This document shows positions 1-12,870 of a DNA stretch of 64,000 nucleotides, one piece after another (position 1 is the first letter of the stretch; each line of letters opens with the position of its first letter). Source of the DNA: an uncultured Pelagibacteraceae bacterium (GTDB lineage: Bacteria; Pseudomonadota; Alphaproteobacteria; Pelagibacterales; Pelagibacteraceae); contig CACKTW010000002.1 of NCBI GenBank assembly GCA_902603215.1, positions 13,728 through 77,727 of the forward strand, in the 5' to 3' direction. A model generated the notes under the pieces. It was not told the DNA's origin, ran no database searches, and saw nothing but the letters and a program-made list of their open reading frames with translations. The translations under genes were made by a program, and so were the position numbers.

Positions 1-1691
<1,691 letters not shown>

Positions 1692-2073
1692 TTATTATTT
1701 TATGTGAGGAGAGAATATTAACATTTTTTTAGTCACAAAGAAAACCGAAGGCAAAAAAGATGTCTTGAAAGGCCTGTTTTTATTAACTAATTTGAAGAAA
1801 ATTTTTTTTACTTGTTACTTTTAAAAATTTTCTGAAATTTTTATGTTTTGTCTGATTATTTGCTTACCCAACCGAATGGTGCAAAGCATATATTATCAGA
1901 GCCAATGCTACAAATCCCATAAAATATCTCCTTTTATAATAATTATTAGCGAATCAGAGCTCATTATATCCTATTTAAGAAAAAAATTTCATTAGAATAT
2001 ATAAAGGTATTTTTTTATTGTGCGCACAACGCAATTCTAATATCTCGCCTAAGATTAGAAAGGGTTAAATTAA

Positions 2074-2163
2074 TGGCGGAGAGAGTGGGATTCGAACCCA
2101 CGATACCTTTAACAGTATACAAGCTTTCCAAGCCTGCGCCTTAAACCGCTCGGCCATCTCTCC
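2074..2163 (-). tRNA. tRNA-Ser (anticodon GGA), 90 nt including encoded CCA
   Basis: The reverse complement is GGAGAGATGGCCGAGCGGTTTAAGGCGCAGGCTTGGAAAGCTTGTATACTGTTAAAGGTATCGTGGGTTCGAATCCCACTCTCTCCGCCA. It has a 7-bp acceptor stem, anticodon stem CAGGC/GCTTG with loop TTGGAAA, a long variable arm typical of Ser, and a GGTTCGAATCC T-arm. Confidence 0.9.
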
Positions 2164-2915
2164 TAATAGTTTTTTATATTTATTTTTCTACTTTCTATTT
2201 TTCTCCTAAAGAAACAGTAAATTTTTTGAAAATAGCTTAAATTATCTAAAATTTTATTTTCATCTTTCATTTTGCCGTAACTAGTAATGAGCGGTATATT
2301 TTTGTTTTCTTCAATTTCAATTTGTTTCATATTGCTTTCCGGCTTATATTTCTTCTTTCTAATATCATCTGATAAATAAAATCTATGAGTTTTAAAACTT
2401 TCGTAAGAAATGGCGAAAGAATTTGCTATTATTTTACTTTGAATTTCCCAAACCTTATGTCCAAATAATGGTGCTGAAATTGAACTATCAATTGTTGGAA
2501 AAAATTTTCTGTATTTATTAATTCTTTCTTCCCAGCCTAAATAATAATCTTTTGCTCTAGCTTTAGAATATGAGTTCAAAATTTCTTCGCTTGATCTATA
2601 AAGATACAGGTACATTGTTCTTTCTTTTTTTAAGTTAATACGCCTAAACCAAAATTCATTTGTGTTCAGAAAAAAACTATCATTTTTTTTAATAAAAGAT
2701 TTCAAATAAACAAAATGTTGCCCTAAAAAAAATTCTTCAGGAAAGAATCTATTTGGATAGTTCCATTGCTTTGCTAGTACATTACTTACAAAAGTAGACC
2801 CTGACCTTGGTTGAGAAAATAAAATAACATTTTGAAATTTTTTTTTATAAAAAATTTCCTCAATCTCTTCCCAGGTATAAATATGGAAATCCAATGATTT
2901 TAATTTTGATACCAT
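2163..2915 (-). CDS. sulfotransferase-family protein
   Basis: 250-aa ORF. The N-terminal FSQPRSGSTFVSNV resembles the PAPS 5'-phosphosulfate-binding loop (PxxGST) of sulfotransferases. It sits among sugar-modifying genes. Confidence 0.5.
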   Translation of the reverse strand: MVSKLKSLDFHIYTWEEIEEIFYKKKFQNVILFSQPRSGSTFVSNVLAKQWNYPNRFFPEEFFLGQHFVYLKSFIKKNDSFFLNTNEFWFRRINLKKERTMYLYLYRSSEEILNSYSKARAKDYYLGWEERINKYRKFFPTIDSSISAPLFGHKVWEIQSKIIANSFAISYESFKTHRFYLSDDIRKKKYKPESNMKQIEIEENKNIPLITSYGKMKDENKILDNLSYFQKIYCFFRRKIESRKINIKNY

Positions 2916-2953
2916 AAAGTTTAAAAAATACCTAAATTTTAGGAAAATTAAAG

Positions 2954-3757
2954 TTATTTCGGATCAAATAATGCCCAAGGCCAACTTAAAGTCTTGCAAT
3001 GTTTACTAAACCAAAAAGACAAATATCTTTCTGCTAAATAAGCATAAATTCTTTGTGAATCATAACCTTTCAAATCTTCTAAACCAAAAACTTTTTCACA
3101 TCTAAATAGCCATTCAAATAAAGCATTAAACCATGCATTAGCAATTTTAGGTTTGGATATAAACATAATATGAGGATTAAAAAACGTAGATGTATTTACA
3201 AAATTTAAAAAATCATTTTTATCTTCTATATTCATTAAATCAATTGCTTTTTTCAAATTTCCATATCCATGATGCATATCAAAATGAAATAATAAATTTT
3301 GTTTTTTTTCATCAAAAAAGATTGCGGGTTTTTTTATAATTGACCTAAATCCTCTTTTAATCATTTTAATTTTTTTTACTTTGTTTACTGATATAGGTTC
3401 ACAAATTATTGCATCATAATTTTTCCATTCATTAGGAACTTCGGATAGAAGGTTTTTATGGAAATTTGAAATCTCTATTTTTTTTCCTACAGATTCTTTT
3501 GTAATCCAAAATCTTCTTTTTTGACAAAAACCAACCCAATTTTCATTTTCAATGCTTAGTCTATTTTTCCAAAACCAATAATGAAAAGTTAATTCTGAAT
3601 AATTTTTTTCTTTATAAAAAATATGATCACCAAAATCACATTTCATATATTTTGTATTAAATTTATTTTTGCCTACTCCAGCTAACTTATATGAAAAATT
3701 CTCCAAAAAAGGCAATTCTTTATCTGTTACACAATATAAATCGAGGTTACTCATCAA
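2954..3757 (-). CDS. DUF4422-like putative glycosyltransferase
   Basis: 267-aa ORF. The YSELTFHYWFWKN motif and overall length resemble DUF4422 exopolysaccharide-cluster proteins. Assignment is from motif memory only. Confidence 0.45.
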   Translation of the reverse strand: MMSNLDLYCVTDKELPFLENFSYKLAGVGKNKFNTKYMKCDFGDHIFYKEKNYSELTFHYWFWKNRLSIENENWVGFCQKRRFWITKESVGKKIEISNFHKNLLSEVPNEWKNYDAIICEPISVNKVKKIKMIKRGFRSIIKKPAIFFDEKKQNLLFHFDMHHGYGNLKKAIDLMNIEDKNDFLNFVNTSTFFNPHIMFISKPKIANAWFNALFEWLFRCEKVFGLEDLKGYDSQRIYAYLAERYLSFWFSKHCKTLSWPWALFDPK

Positions 3758-3841
3758 AACTTTTCAATAAAAAAATACTTATAACGTTTATTTTTAATTT
3801 TTGATAGATATATTATTTTAAATATAAATTTAATTTCAAAA

Positions 3842-4588
3842 ATGAATAATTCTGAACCTTGTTTAATACTAACAGCAACAATTGATCCCAAAGGAATGAC
3901 TCATTTGGTAAGAAATAAAATTGAAGATAGATTAAATGATTACAAAAAATCATTTACAAAGTGGGCTGAAAACATTTATGTAAAAAAATTAATTTTTGTT
4001 GAAAATTCAGGTTATGATCTTTCTCTTTTTCATAATTTAAAAAAAAATTATAAATCAAAAGATATTGAAATTATATCTTGCGATTCTAACAATGCTTACC
4101 CGAGACATCTTGGAAAAGGTTATGGTGAATCTTTGTGTTTGAAAGAAGTAGTTAAAAAATCAAATTTGTTCAAAAATTCTGAAAGTTTTGTAGCCGTTAC
4201 AGGCAGATATTTTATTAAAAACTATGCGGATTTTATAAAAGAGTTTAAAAAAAGTAAAAAAGATATTTTTATAAATTTAATGGATAATTTAAAATTTGCA
4301 GATGCAAACTGTTATGCTGGAAGTTGTAATTTTTTAATAAAATATCTTTTACCTGAAACTGAAAATGTAAACGATAGTGAAGGAAGATATTTTGAACATT
4401 GTGTTGCCAATGCAGCCCTCAAGGCTATAGCCGATGGATATATTTTTAAACAACAATCCATTTATGTTGATATAGAAGGATATATTGCTTCTAATGGGAA
4501 AAAAGTTAAAACTAATTTTTTCAAAAAAATAAGATTATTTTTTTATGGAAAGATTAAAAAATATTTTTTTAACAATCCTAGATATTAA
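3842..4588 (+). CDS. hypothetical protein in the glycan cluster
   Basis: 248-aa ORF whose stop overlaps the next gene's start (ATGA-type junction at 4588). I recognised no family. Confidence 0.45.
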   Translation: MNNSEPCLILTATIDPKGMTHLVRNKIEDRLNDYKKSFTKWAENIYVKKLIFVENSGYDLSLFHNLKKNYKSKDIEIISCDSNNAYPRHLGKGYGESLCLKEVVKKSNLFKNSESFVAVTGRYFIKNYADFIKEFKKSKKDIFINLMDNLKFADANCYAGSCNFLIKYLLPETENVNDSEGRYFEHCVANAALKAIADGYIFKQQSIYVDIEGYIASNGKKVKTNFFKKIRLFFYGKIKKYFFNNPRY

Positions 4589-4992
4589 TGAAAACAATTA
4601 AGATAATAAAATTAAAAAAATTTAAGAGAAAAAATGGAACGTTGGTTCCAATTAACTTTAATAAAAAATTTCCAATTAAAATAAAAAGAATTTTTTATAT
4701 ATATGGAAAAAAAAATTCAGTTAGAGGCGATCATGCTCATAAAAAATTAACACAAATATTTATTCCTATTTTTGGTAAAATAAAATTAGTAGTAAGAAGG
4801 AAGGATCAAGAAAAAAATTATTTTTTAGATCATAAAACGAATAAAGCAATTATAGTTCCACCTATGGTTTGGTGTAGATTAAAATTTTTAAAAAAAAATT
4901 CTATAATTCTTATAGGATGTAACGATTTTTATAAATATTCAGATTATGTAGAAACTTTAAAAGAGTTTAAAAAATTAGAACAAAAATTATGA
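4588..4992 (+). CDS. WxcM/FdtA-like cupin (putative NDP-4-keto-6-deoxyhexose 3,4-isomerase)
   Basis: 134-aa ORF. The VRGDHAHKKLTQIF motif matches the R-G-x-HAH-K..Q signature of FdtA/WxcM C-terminal cupins. Confidence 0.55.
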   Translation: MKTIKIIKLKKFKRKNGTLVPINFNKKFPIKIKRIFYIYGKKNSVRGDHAHKKLTQIFIPIFGKIKLVVRRKDQEKNYFLDHKTNKAIIVPPMVWCRLKFLKKNSIILIGCNDFYKYSDYVETLKEFKKLEQKL

Positions 4993-5918
4993 AAATATTA
5001 ATTACTGGTGGGTTGGGCCACATTGGTTCATATTTAATTGAAAATATTAATAAAATTAAAGGTATAAAAAAAATCTATATAATAGATAGCTTAAGATCTA
5101 ATAAAATAAATAGTTTATTTAATTTAAAGAAAAAAATAAAATTAGTTTTTATTCAAAAAGATTTAGTACAAAAAGAAACACTAAAAAATTTTCCAAAAGT
5201 TAATATAGTGATCAATTTAGCCTCTATAACTGATGCTGAAGGAAGTTTAAAAATTAAAAATGAAATATATAAAAATAATCTTGGAATTTTCAAAAATGTT
5301 GTAAATTATTGTAAAAAAAAATCTTCAAAACTTATTCATATTTCCAGTACAAGTGTTTATGGAAAACAAACTGGTTTTGTAAATGAAGATTTTAAAAAAC
5401 TGAAACCTCAAACTCCTTATGCAAAAATAAAATTATTAGAAGAAAAAATTCTAAAAAAAAATAAAAATAAATTGAAGTATATTTCTTTTAGATTTGGAAC
5501 AATTGCTGGAATATCAAAAGGAATGCGTTTTCACACTGCTGTAAATAAATTTTGTTTATCAGCATCTTTAAACATTCCAATACCTGTATGGTCAAGCGCA
5601 TTACACCAGTACCGTCCTTATTTATCATTGAGTGACGCGTTCAAGGTATTTAAAAAAACTATAGAAAAAAACTTTTTTGATAACCAAGTTTATAATGTGC
5701 TTTCTGGAAATTATACAGTAGATCAAATTCTAAAAAAAATTAAAAAATATAAAAAAAATATTAAAATTAAATTTGTAAAATCTCTTATAATAAACCAGTT
5801 ATCTTATAAAGTTAATGGAACTAGGATTAAATCAAAAGGACTTAAATTAAATTCAAACCTAGAAAAAGATATAAAACAAACATTAAATCTGTTTAAAAAT
5901 GTAAACAATGAAATGTAA
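4989..5918 (+). CDS. NAD-dependent epimerase/dehydratase (extended SDR)
   Basis: 309-aa ORF with an N-terminal Rossmann motif (ILITGGLGHIGSYL) and a YxxxK catalytic motif (YAKIK). It overlaps its upstream neighbour by 4 nt. Confidence 0.7.
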   Translation: MKILITGGLGHIGSYLIENINKIKGIKKIYIIDSLRSNKINSLFNLKKKIKLVFIQKDLVQKETLKNFPKVNIVINLASITDAEGSLKIKNEIYKNNLGIFKNVVNYCKKKSSKLIHISSTSVYGKQTGFVNEDFKKLKPQTPYAKIKLLEEKILKKNKNKLKYISFRFGTIAGISKGMRFHTAVNKFCLSASLNIPIPVWSSALHQYRPYLSLSDAFKVFKKTIEKNFFDNQVYNVLSGNYTVDQILKKIKKYKKNIKIKFVKSLIINQLSYKVNGTRIKSKGLKLNSNLEKDIKQTLNLFKNVNNEM

Positions 5919-7104
5919 AATATTAAAAACTGAAATAAATTCATTTATGAGTTTTGGTAAAATGCCAATTGCTAATGGTTTTTTAAAAGAAGAAAATTTT
6001 GATAATGAATTTTTTTTTAATTTAGATATCGGATTTTCTGAAAAGATATCTCTACTGCAGCTCAACGATCATCCTACGCCTGAACAAATGTTTAATAAAA
6101 ACTATCCTTTTTACACTGGAAGTTCGGAATTTATGAAAGCCCATTTTGCAAATTATGCAGATTCGGTAAAAAAATATTTAAAAACAAATTCTAGGCTAAT
6201 TGAAATTGGATCAAATGATGGAACTTTTCTTAAAAATTTTATTAATTCAAACATAAATATTCTTGGGTTTGAACCAACAGAAAATACAGCCTTGGAAGCA
6301 AAAAAAAGAGGAATTAAAACAATAAATAATTTTTTTTCTCAAAAAAATATTTCTGACTTAAAAGATTTTTTAAATAACACTGACTTAATATGTGGGGCCA
6401 ATGTTATTTGTCATATTCCCGATCTCACAGATACAATCAAAGCTGTGGATAAGCTTTTAAGTAAAAAGGGAGTATTTATTTTCGAAGAACCTTATTTGGG
6501 ATCTATGTTTAAAAAAACATCTTATGATCAAATTTATGATGAACATATTTTCATCTTTTCTGCTACATCAATTCAAAAAATATTTAATCTTTTTGATTTT
6601 GAACTTATTGATTTAATTCCACAAATAACTCACGGAGGCTCAATGAGATATATATTAGCAAGAAAAGGACAAAGGAATATAAATTCAATTGTAAAAAAAA
6701 TTTTAGATGATGAAAAAAAAATGAACCTAGATAATTTACAATCTTGTATTAATTTTAAAAAAAATTGTGAAATTTCAAAAAATAATTTAAAAGGAAAAAT
6801 TGAAAACTTAAAATCTAAAGGAAAAAGAATCTGCGGATATGCCGCAACATCAAAAAGCACAACAGTTTTAAATTATTGTAAAATAGGAACTGAATTTATC
6901 GAATTTATATGTGATACTACTAAAGAAAAAATAGGAAAATATTCTCCCGGTATGCACATACCTATAGTTTCAATGAATCATTTTTATGAACAAAAACCAG
7001 ATGTTGCTTTTCTTTTTGCTTGGAACCACAAAGAAGAAATTTTTAATAAAGAAAAAAACTTTACTGAAAATAAAGGTGAGTGGATTTCTCACGTAAAACT
7101 TTAA
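5908..7104 (+). CDS. class I SAM-dependent (NDP-hexose C-methyltransferase-like) methyltransferase
   Basis: 398-aa ORF. The N-terminal FGKMPIANGFL motif, the central SAM-binding IEIGSNDG, and a C-terminal domain of the size seen in TylCIII-type C-methyltransferases support the call. Confidence 0.55.
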   Translation: MKCKILKTEINSFMSFGKMPIANGFLKEENFDNEFFFNLDIGFSEKISLLQLNDHPTPEQMFNKNYPFYTGSSEFMKAHFANYADSVKKYLKTNSRLIEIGSNDGTFLKNFINSNINILGFEPTENTALEAKKRGIKTINNFFSQKNISDLKDFLNNTDLICGANVICHIPDLTDTIKAVDKLLSKKGVFIFEEPYLGSMFKKTSYDQIYDEHIFIFSATSIQKIFNLFDFELIDLIPQITHGGSMRYILARKGQRNINSIVKKILDDEKKMNLDNLQSCINFKKNCEISKNNLKGKIENLKSKGKRICGYAATSKSTTVLNYCKIGTEFIEFICDTTKEKIGKYSPGMHIPIVSMNHFYEQKPDVAFLFAWNHKEEIFNKEKNFTENKGEWISHVKL

Positions 7105-7113
7105 AATATTTAG

Positions 7114-7848
7114 CTAATTTTTTTTAAATAGAATAAAACCATTCCAAAAAGTTGGATGCATATTAAAACCAGTTACAACTTCTTTCAAGATTGTGTATTT
7201 TTGGGAATGTTTAGCTAAAAAATCTTTTGTTCCATTTTGAACTTCTGCATCATTATAATCATCAATATAAACTATAGAATTTTTGTTCAAAAAATTATGA
7301 ACAATTTCTAAATTTTTATATTGTTGTTCATAAGAATGCCAAGCGTCATAAATATAAAAATCTATCTTTTTATTCCAAGATTTAAAAAAAAATTCATAAT
7401 CTTGCTTATGAAAGAAATGATTATCTTTTTTAAATAAATTAAAATTCTTCATCAAAATTTCTTCTGGTTTGTCATATTCAGAAAAGTTATCTACTGAATG
7501 TACTTCACAACAAGTATTAATCATCCCACTTATGGTGCTGAATCCTTTGTACGCTCCAATATTCACAAATACTTCGTCTTTGTTTAGCTCTCTACAAATT
7601 CTGTTAAACATAATTCCAATTGCGGGGGTTGACATATGGTTATAATCTTTAATTTTTTTGATCTGTTCCAAGTAATTTTTATCAGATTCATTTAAGTATT
7701 TCTTATTTAAATTAAATAAATCATTTTTAAAAAAATTTTTTCTTATTTTTTTATAAATTTGATATTTGGGACCTCTTTTAGTTTTTTGTTGAATAAAATA
7801 AAATTTAAGTTGATCTAAATATGAAATAATTTTTTGACTATTATCCAT
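7114..7848 (-). CDS. class I SAM-dependent methyltransferase (Methyltransf_24-like)
   Basis: 244-aa ORF. VNIGAYKGFSTISG is a glycine-rich SAM loop, and the IDFYIYDAWHSYEQ .. IVYIDDYN pattern is typical of this family. Confidence 0.45.
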   Translation of the reverse strand: MDNSQKIISYLDQLKFYFIQQKTKRGPKYQIYKKIRKNFFKNDLFNLNKKYLNESDKNYLEQIKKIKDYNHMSTPAIGIMFNRICRELNKDEVFVNIGAYKGFSTISGMINTCCEVHSVDNFSEYDKPEEILMKNFNLFKKDNHFFHKQDYEFFFKSWNKKIDFYIYDAWHSYEQQYKNLEIVHNFLNKNSIVYIDDYNDAEVQNGTKDFLAKHSQKYTILKEVVTGFNMHPTFWNGFILFKKN

Positions 7849-7849
7849 T

Positions 7850-8662
7850 TTAAGCTATCCAATCTTTAAATAGATCTTTGTTCTTAAGAATATACATGGG
7901 AAATGTTTCGTCCAAATTAACCTTTTCATATCTGTCTTCTCTACCCATTATATCTTTACCTGCTTTAATATTTTTTGATATTTCTTCTTCATTCAAATAT
8001 TTTGGATCAATTTTTTTTTTAAAAACAAAATCATCCTTTGTCTCACACATGTTTTGATATTTATAAAGAAGATCTTTTGGTGTTTTTAAATTACAAAAAT
8101 GCCATCCTCCAGGTTCTATAATATTATTTAATCTAAACTTATCTATTCTCCAAAAGGGTCTCTTTTTAAATTTTAATCCTCTTAGCCACTGAGGAGATTT
8201 AAGATATTTTTTTACACAGATCCTGCTACCCATCCAAAAAGGGTCATTTTTATTAAGCATATTAAATTTATAATAAAAATGTTTTTGTTTAAAAGCTGCA
8301 AATTTCAATTTTGGATTAAATTCAGAAATTTTTTTAGGATCAGGCAATTCATCTATATCTGAAATGATTATTAAATCATTTTCGCTCGCATTGGTTAATC
8401 CTCTTGTAATACAATTTCTTTGATAATGTTCTCGGGTCCATGGATTAGGGCCATCCGGCATATCTGTTACTGGTTCGTAAATAATTTTATTTTTAAATTT
8501 TGAAAATTTATTAATATCAAATTTCAATTTTTTGGAATTATTTTGCCAAGTTTTATCTGATTCGATAATAACAAAATAATCTACATAATCATTTAATAAA
8601 TTAAATCTCAATTCTAATAACAAATTTTCATCCCAATAAGAAAAGCAATCAAAAATTTTCAT
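7850..8662 (-). CDS. glycosyltransferase family 17-like protein
   Basis: 270-aa ORF. The N-terminus MKIFDCFSYWDENLLLELRFNLLNDYVDYFVIIES matches the hallmark start of GT17 (GnT-III-like) proteins. Confidence 0.55.
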   Translation of the reverse strand: MKIFDCFSYWDENLLLELRFNLLNDYVDYFVIIESDKTWQNNSKKLKFDINKFSKFKNKIIYEPVTDMPDGPNPWTREHYQRNCITRGLTNASENDLIIISDIDELPDPKKISEFNPKLKFAAFKQKHFYYKFNMLNKNDPFWMGSRICVKKYLKSPQWLRGLKFKKRPFWRIDKFRLNNIIEPGGWHFCNLKTPKDLLYKYQNMCETKDDFVFKKKIDPKYLNEEEISKNIKAGKDIMGREDRYEKVNLDETFPMYILKNKDLFKDWIA

Positions 8663-8665
8663 AAA

Positions 8666-10474
8666 TCAATTTTCTTTATTAATTTTTAGCACACCAATAA
8701 ATGCTTCCTGGGGTATTTCTACTTGTCCAAATTGTTTTGCTCTTGTTTTGCCTTTTTTTTGTTTATCAAGAAGTTTTCTTTTTCGATCACGTGCGCCACC
8801 TCCATGAATTTTCGTTAATACATCTTTCTTAAAACCTTTAATGGTTTCCCTCGCAATTATTTTTCCACCTATTGCTGCTTGAATAGGTATCATAAAATTA
8901 TGTCTAGGAATTAAATCTTTTAATTTTTCACAAACTAGTCTTCCTTGATTTTGAGCAAAATCTTTATGAATTACCATTGACAGCGCATCAACTGGCTCAT
9001 TATTTACTAGCATACTTAATTTTACTAAATTGCCTTCCTTATAACCTGTAATTTCATAGTCAAAACTTGCATAACCGCTTGATAAAGATTTTAGTCTATC
9101 ATAAAAATCAAATACAACTTCATTAAGCGGTAATTCATAACTTAAAACAGCTCTGTTTCCTGAGTAAGATAAATTTGTCTGAATTCCTCTTTTGTTTTGG
9201 CAAATTTTTATAATTGCTCCCAAATATTGATCAGGTGTAATAATTGTAGCTTTAATCCATGGTTCTTCTATAGACCTGATTTGTGATGGATCGGGCATAT
9301 TAGTTGGGTTTTGAAGTTCTATAATTTCGTTATTATTTTTATTAATTTTATAAATTACACCTGGTGTTGTTGTAATTAAATTTATGTCAAATTCTCTTTC
9401 TAATCTTTGTGTGATTATTTCTAAATGCAATAAACCTAAAAAACCGCATCTAAAACCTAACCCAAGCGCACTTGAAGATTCTGGATCATAGGAAAAGCTA
9501 GCATCATTAAGTTTTAGTTTCGCTAAACCATCTTTTAATTTTTGATATTCAGAACTATCAACTGGAAATAATCCACAAAACACAACTGGCTTACTAGGTT
9601 TGAAACCTGGCAATGGTTTCTGTAGTGGATTATTAAAATCACAAATCGTATCTCCAACCTTAGTTTCTGATAAACTTTTAATTCCTGTTATTATAAATCC
9701 AATTTCACCGGAACTCAGCTCTTCCACATCTTTGGGTTTGGGAGTAAAAACGCCAACTCTCTCTATAATATATTGAGAATTATTTGACATCATTTTTACT
9801 TTCATACCTTTTTTTATTTTTCCATCAATTACTCTAACAAGTATAACAACACCCAAATAAGTGTCATACCAACTATCAACGAGTAAGGATTTTAATATTT
9901 TTGACTTATCACCTTTTGGGGGTGGTAAATTTTTTATGATTGATTCTAGTATATCGTCAATACCAGCTCCGGTTTTTCCAGAACAATTAATTGCTTTTGA
10001 AGTATCAATGCCAATAACATCTTCAACTTGCTTTTTTACTTTTTCTGTATCAGATGCTGGTAAATCTATTTTATTCAGGACTGTAACAATTTCGTGATTA
10101 TTATCTAAAGCTTGATAAACATTAGCTAAAGTTTGAGCTTCAACACCTTGAGAACTATCCACGATCAAAATAGAGCCTTCACAAGCAGACAGTGATCTGC
10201 TTACTTCATAACTAAAATCTACATGGCCCGGTGTATCAATTATATTAAAAACATAATGTTTTGAATCTAGTGACTTATAATTAAGTCTAACAGTTTGAGC
10301 TTTAATAGTAATACCTCTTTCTCTTTCAATATCCATTGAGTCTAAAACTTGTTCTTTCATTTCTCTGTCGGGTAATCCTCCACATTTTTGAATCAAACGA
10401 TCTGCTATTGTTGATTTTCCATGATCAATGTGTGCAATTATAGAAAAATTACGAATATTTTCTATTTCAGACAT
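8666..10474 (-). CDS. lepA: elongation factor 4
   Basis: 602-aa ORF. It has [21 protein letters not shown] (G1), DTPGHVDF (G3), NKIDL (G4) and the LepA-specific C-terminal domain. Confidence 0.95.
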   Translation of the reverse strand: MSEIENIRNFSIIAHIDHGKSTIADRLIQKCGGLPDREMKEQVLDSMDIERERGITIKAQTVRLNYKSLDSKHYVFNIIDTPGHVDFSYEVSRSLSACEGSILIVDSSQGVEAQTLANVYQALDNNHEIVTVLNKIDLPASDTEKVKKQVEDVIGIDTSKAINCSGKTGAGIDDILESIIKNLPPPKGDKSKILKSLLVDSWYDTYLGVVILVRVIDGKIKKGMKVKMMSNNSQYIIERVGVFTPKPKDVEELSSGEIGFIITGIKSLSETKVGDTICDFNNPLQKPLPGFKPSKPVVFCGLFPVDSSEYQKLKDGLAKLKLNDASFSYDPESSSALGLGFRCGFLGLLHLEIITQRLEREFDINLITTTPGVIYKINKNNNEIIELQNPTNMPDPSQIRSIEEPWIKATIITPDQYLGAIIKICQNKRGIQTNLSYSGNRAVLSYELPLNEVVFDFYDRLKSLSSGYASFDYEITGYKEGNLVKLSMLVNNEPVDALSMVIHKDFAQNQGRLVCEKLKDLIPRHNFMIPIQAAIGGKIIARETIKGFKKDVLTKIHGGGARDRKRKLLDKQKKGKTRAKQFGQVEIPQEAFIGVLKINKEN

Positions 10475-12870
10475 TAAGACCTTAGTTCAGCTCCAAAAGT
10501 TTCTTTTATAGCGCTAATAATTTTTTGGCTGAGATTTTCTAAATCACTATCCTTGAGTGTTCTATCTGGAGCCTGGATAGTGACATTTAATGCAACAGAT
10601 TTTTTATTTTCTGGTACTTTTTCACCTTCATAAACATCAAAAACTTTAATTTCATGTATTAAATTTTCATCAACTTTTTGAATTGTTTTAACTAACTCTA
10701 TAGAATTAACTGTTTTATCAATAACAAAAGCAAAATCCCTTTCTGTTTTTTGAAAATCTGAAACAAAATATTTATTTTTAATTTCTCTAAGCTTTGTTTC
10801 TGGTAAAGGAAAGTTTTCTAAAAAAATTTCAAATCCTACAAGATTATCATTTTTTAAATCTAATCTTTTTATTATGCTGGGATGAATTTCACCAAAATAT
10901 CCTAAAACTGGTCCATTTATTAATCCTAATCTAATTGTTCCAGATTTTCCTGGATGAAAATATTTTTCTGCTTTATTGCTCAAAAACAAGTTTTTTTCTT
11001 TTAATCCCAATTTTACCAAAGTTTTTATAATATCATCCTTGATATCAAAAATATCTACAGGTCTTTCTTTTTCGATCCAACTTTTCTGTGAAATCATTCC
11101 AGATTTTAAAGCTCCCAAAACTGTCTGTTGTTGACCTGGTTTTTTCCCATAAAAAACTGGCCCTATTTCAAATAATGCAGGTTCATAATAATTTTTATCT
11201 AAGTTTTTTTTAATATTTATTGCAAGATTAGACAAAATTGATGTTCTTAAAACATTTAAGTCTGAAGAAATTGGGTTGGCAATTTTTATATCAATAATAG
11301 AATTTGAAAATAGATTATCAATTTTAGAATCTGAGAAAGACCATGTAATTGTTTGCAAGTATCCTCTAGATGCGGCAACCCTCTGTGCTAAGTTAATAAT
11401 TTTTTGTTTTGAATTAAGTGTATTTTTGTCTCTCTCTCTCTTTGGCTCAACCAGTTTAATTTTTTTATAACCATGGATCCTTATCAATTCTTCTATTAAA
11501 TCAATATCCTCTTCTAAATCTGGTCTCCAACTAGGTGGTATAACTTTAATTTGAGATTTTATACTATTCACTTCGCAACCCAAAGATATTAAAATTTTTT
11601 TTATTTCAGCAACTGAAATGGTAACACCTATGACTTTTTTAAATTTATTTATTTCTAATTCAATTTTTTTTCTTTTTTTTTGTAAATTTCCTGTAACTAA
11701 AAACTTGCTTGCTTCTCCTCCACAAATATCGAGGATCAATTTTGTGGCTTTTTCCAATCCCAATTTTATTGATAAAGGATCAATGCCTCTCTCAAATCTA
11801 TGCTTTGCGTCAGTTTCTATATTTAAAACCTTTGAAGTTTTTCTAATTAATAAAGAATCAAAATACGCTGACTCTAGCAAAATATTTTTTGTTGAAATTT
11901 CTGTAGCTGATTTAGTTCCTCCTATAATTCCTCCTAAGCCCAAAATACCTTTTTTATCAGCTATAACGCACATATTTCCATCCAAGACATATTTTTTATT
12001 ATCTAGGGCTTCAAAGCTTTCTCCTTTTTTAGAACTTCTAACAATTATTTCTTTATTAATTTTATCAACATCATAAGCATGTAATGGACGATTTTGATCA
12101 AACATTACATAGTTAGTTATATCAACTATTGCTGAAATAGGTTTTAAACCTAAGGATAAAATTTTATTTTTTAACCATTCTGGGCTTTCCTTATTTTGAA
12201 CTCCTTTGATATAGCAGCTTCCAAAAGCTAAACATCCAGATTTTTTTCCAATAATACTTATGGGAAATGGTTGTTTATAACTTTGTTTGATTTTTATTTC
12301 TTTTTTTTTCTTTAACTTTCCTAAACCAGAAGAAGCTAAATCTCTTGCAATCCCATAAACTCCTAAACAGTCAGGTCTATTGGGTGTAATGGCAACATCA
12401 ATTATCTCATCTTTGGTTCCTTTGAAATATTTTTCGCCAATTTGTCTTTTTTCTTTTAAGTCTATAATTCCTTCACTAGCATCTGAAATACCTAGCTCAA
12501 ATTCTGAACAAAGCATACCTTGTGATTCAACTCCTCTAATTTTTACTATTTTAAGTTTTAAACCCGTTTTTGGTATTACGGTCCCAGGTCGAGCATAAAC
12601 AGTATAAAGTCCTTCTCTTGCATTTGGTGCCCCACAAACAACTTTAACAATATTTTTGTTTTCGATTTCTACATCGCAAAGTTTTAATTTGTCAGCGTTG
12701 GGATGTTTTTCGACTCCTTTTATCTTACAAATAACAAACTGTTCAGAATTTCTATCTGTTTTTTTTATATTTTCTACCTCAAGACCAATATCTGTTAGCT
12801 GATTAACGATTGTATCTAGATTTGCCTTAGTATCTAAATGCTCTTTTAACCATGATAAAGTAATTATCAT
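10474..12870 (-). CDS. pheT: phenylalanine--tRNA ligase beta subunit
   Basis: 798-aa ORF with the typical start [13 protein letters not shown], plus tRNA-binding, B3/4, B5 and FDX-ACB regions. It overlaps pheS by 4 nt. Confidence 0.95.
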   Translation of the reverse strand: MIITLSWLKEHLDTKANLDTIVNQLTDIGLEVENIKKTDRNSEQFVICKIKGVEKHPNADKLKLCDVEIENKNIVKVVCGAPNAREGLYTVYARPGTVIPKTGLKLKIVKIRGVESQGMLCSEFELGISDASEGIIDLKEKRQIGEKYFKGTKDEIIDVAITPNRPDCLGVYGIARDLASSGLGKLKKKKEIKIKQSYKQPFPISIIGKKSGCLAFGSCYIKGVQNKESPEWLKNKILSLGLKPISAIVDITNYVMFDQNRPLHAYDVDKINKEIIVRSSKKGESFEALDNKKYVLDGNMCVIADKKGILGLGGIIGGTKSATEISTKNILLESAYFDSLLIRKTSKVLNIETDAKHRFERGIDPLSIKLGLEKATKLILDICGGEASKFLVTGNLQKKRKKIELEINKFKKVIGVTISVAEIKKILISLGCEVNSIKSQIKVIPPSWRPDLEEDIDLIEELIRIHGYKKIKLVEPKRERDKNTLNSKQKIINLAQRVAASRGYLQTITWSFSDSKIDNLFSNSIIDIKIANPISSDLNVLRTSILSNLAINIKKNLDKNYYEPALFEIGPVFYGKKPGQQQTVLGALKSGMISQKSWIEKERPVDIFDIKDDIIKTLVKLGLKEKNLFLSNKAEKYFHPGKSGTIRLGLINGPVLGYFGEIHPSIIKRLDLKNDNLVGFEIFLENFPLPETKLREIKNKYFVSDFQKTERDFAFVIDKTVNSIELVKTIQKVDENLIHEIKVFDVYEGEKVPENKKSVALNVTIQAPDRTLKDSDLENLSQKIISAIKETFGAELRS

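Noticed and set aside
11618-12076. 152-aa plus-strand ORF, representative of many track ORFs antisense to large genes. Other examples: 9861-10097, 23791-24249, 38639-38986, 40778-41086, 44939-45223, 57269-57613, 59873-60148, 61285-61572, 62101-62433.
   Set aside because: All are embedded opposite well-supported conserved genes (pheT, lepA, gltD, pilC, pilQ, pilMN, TRAP permease, aminotransferase, acetoacetyl-CoA synthetase). They show Ser/Phe/Leu/Ile-rich low-complexity translations with no recognisable motifs.
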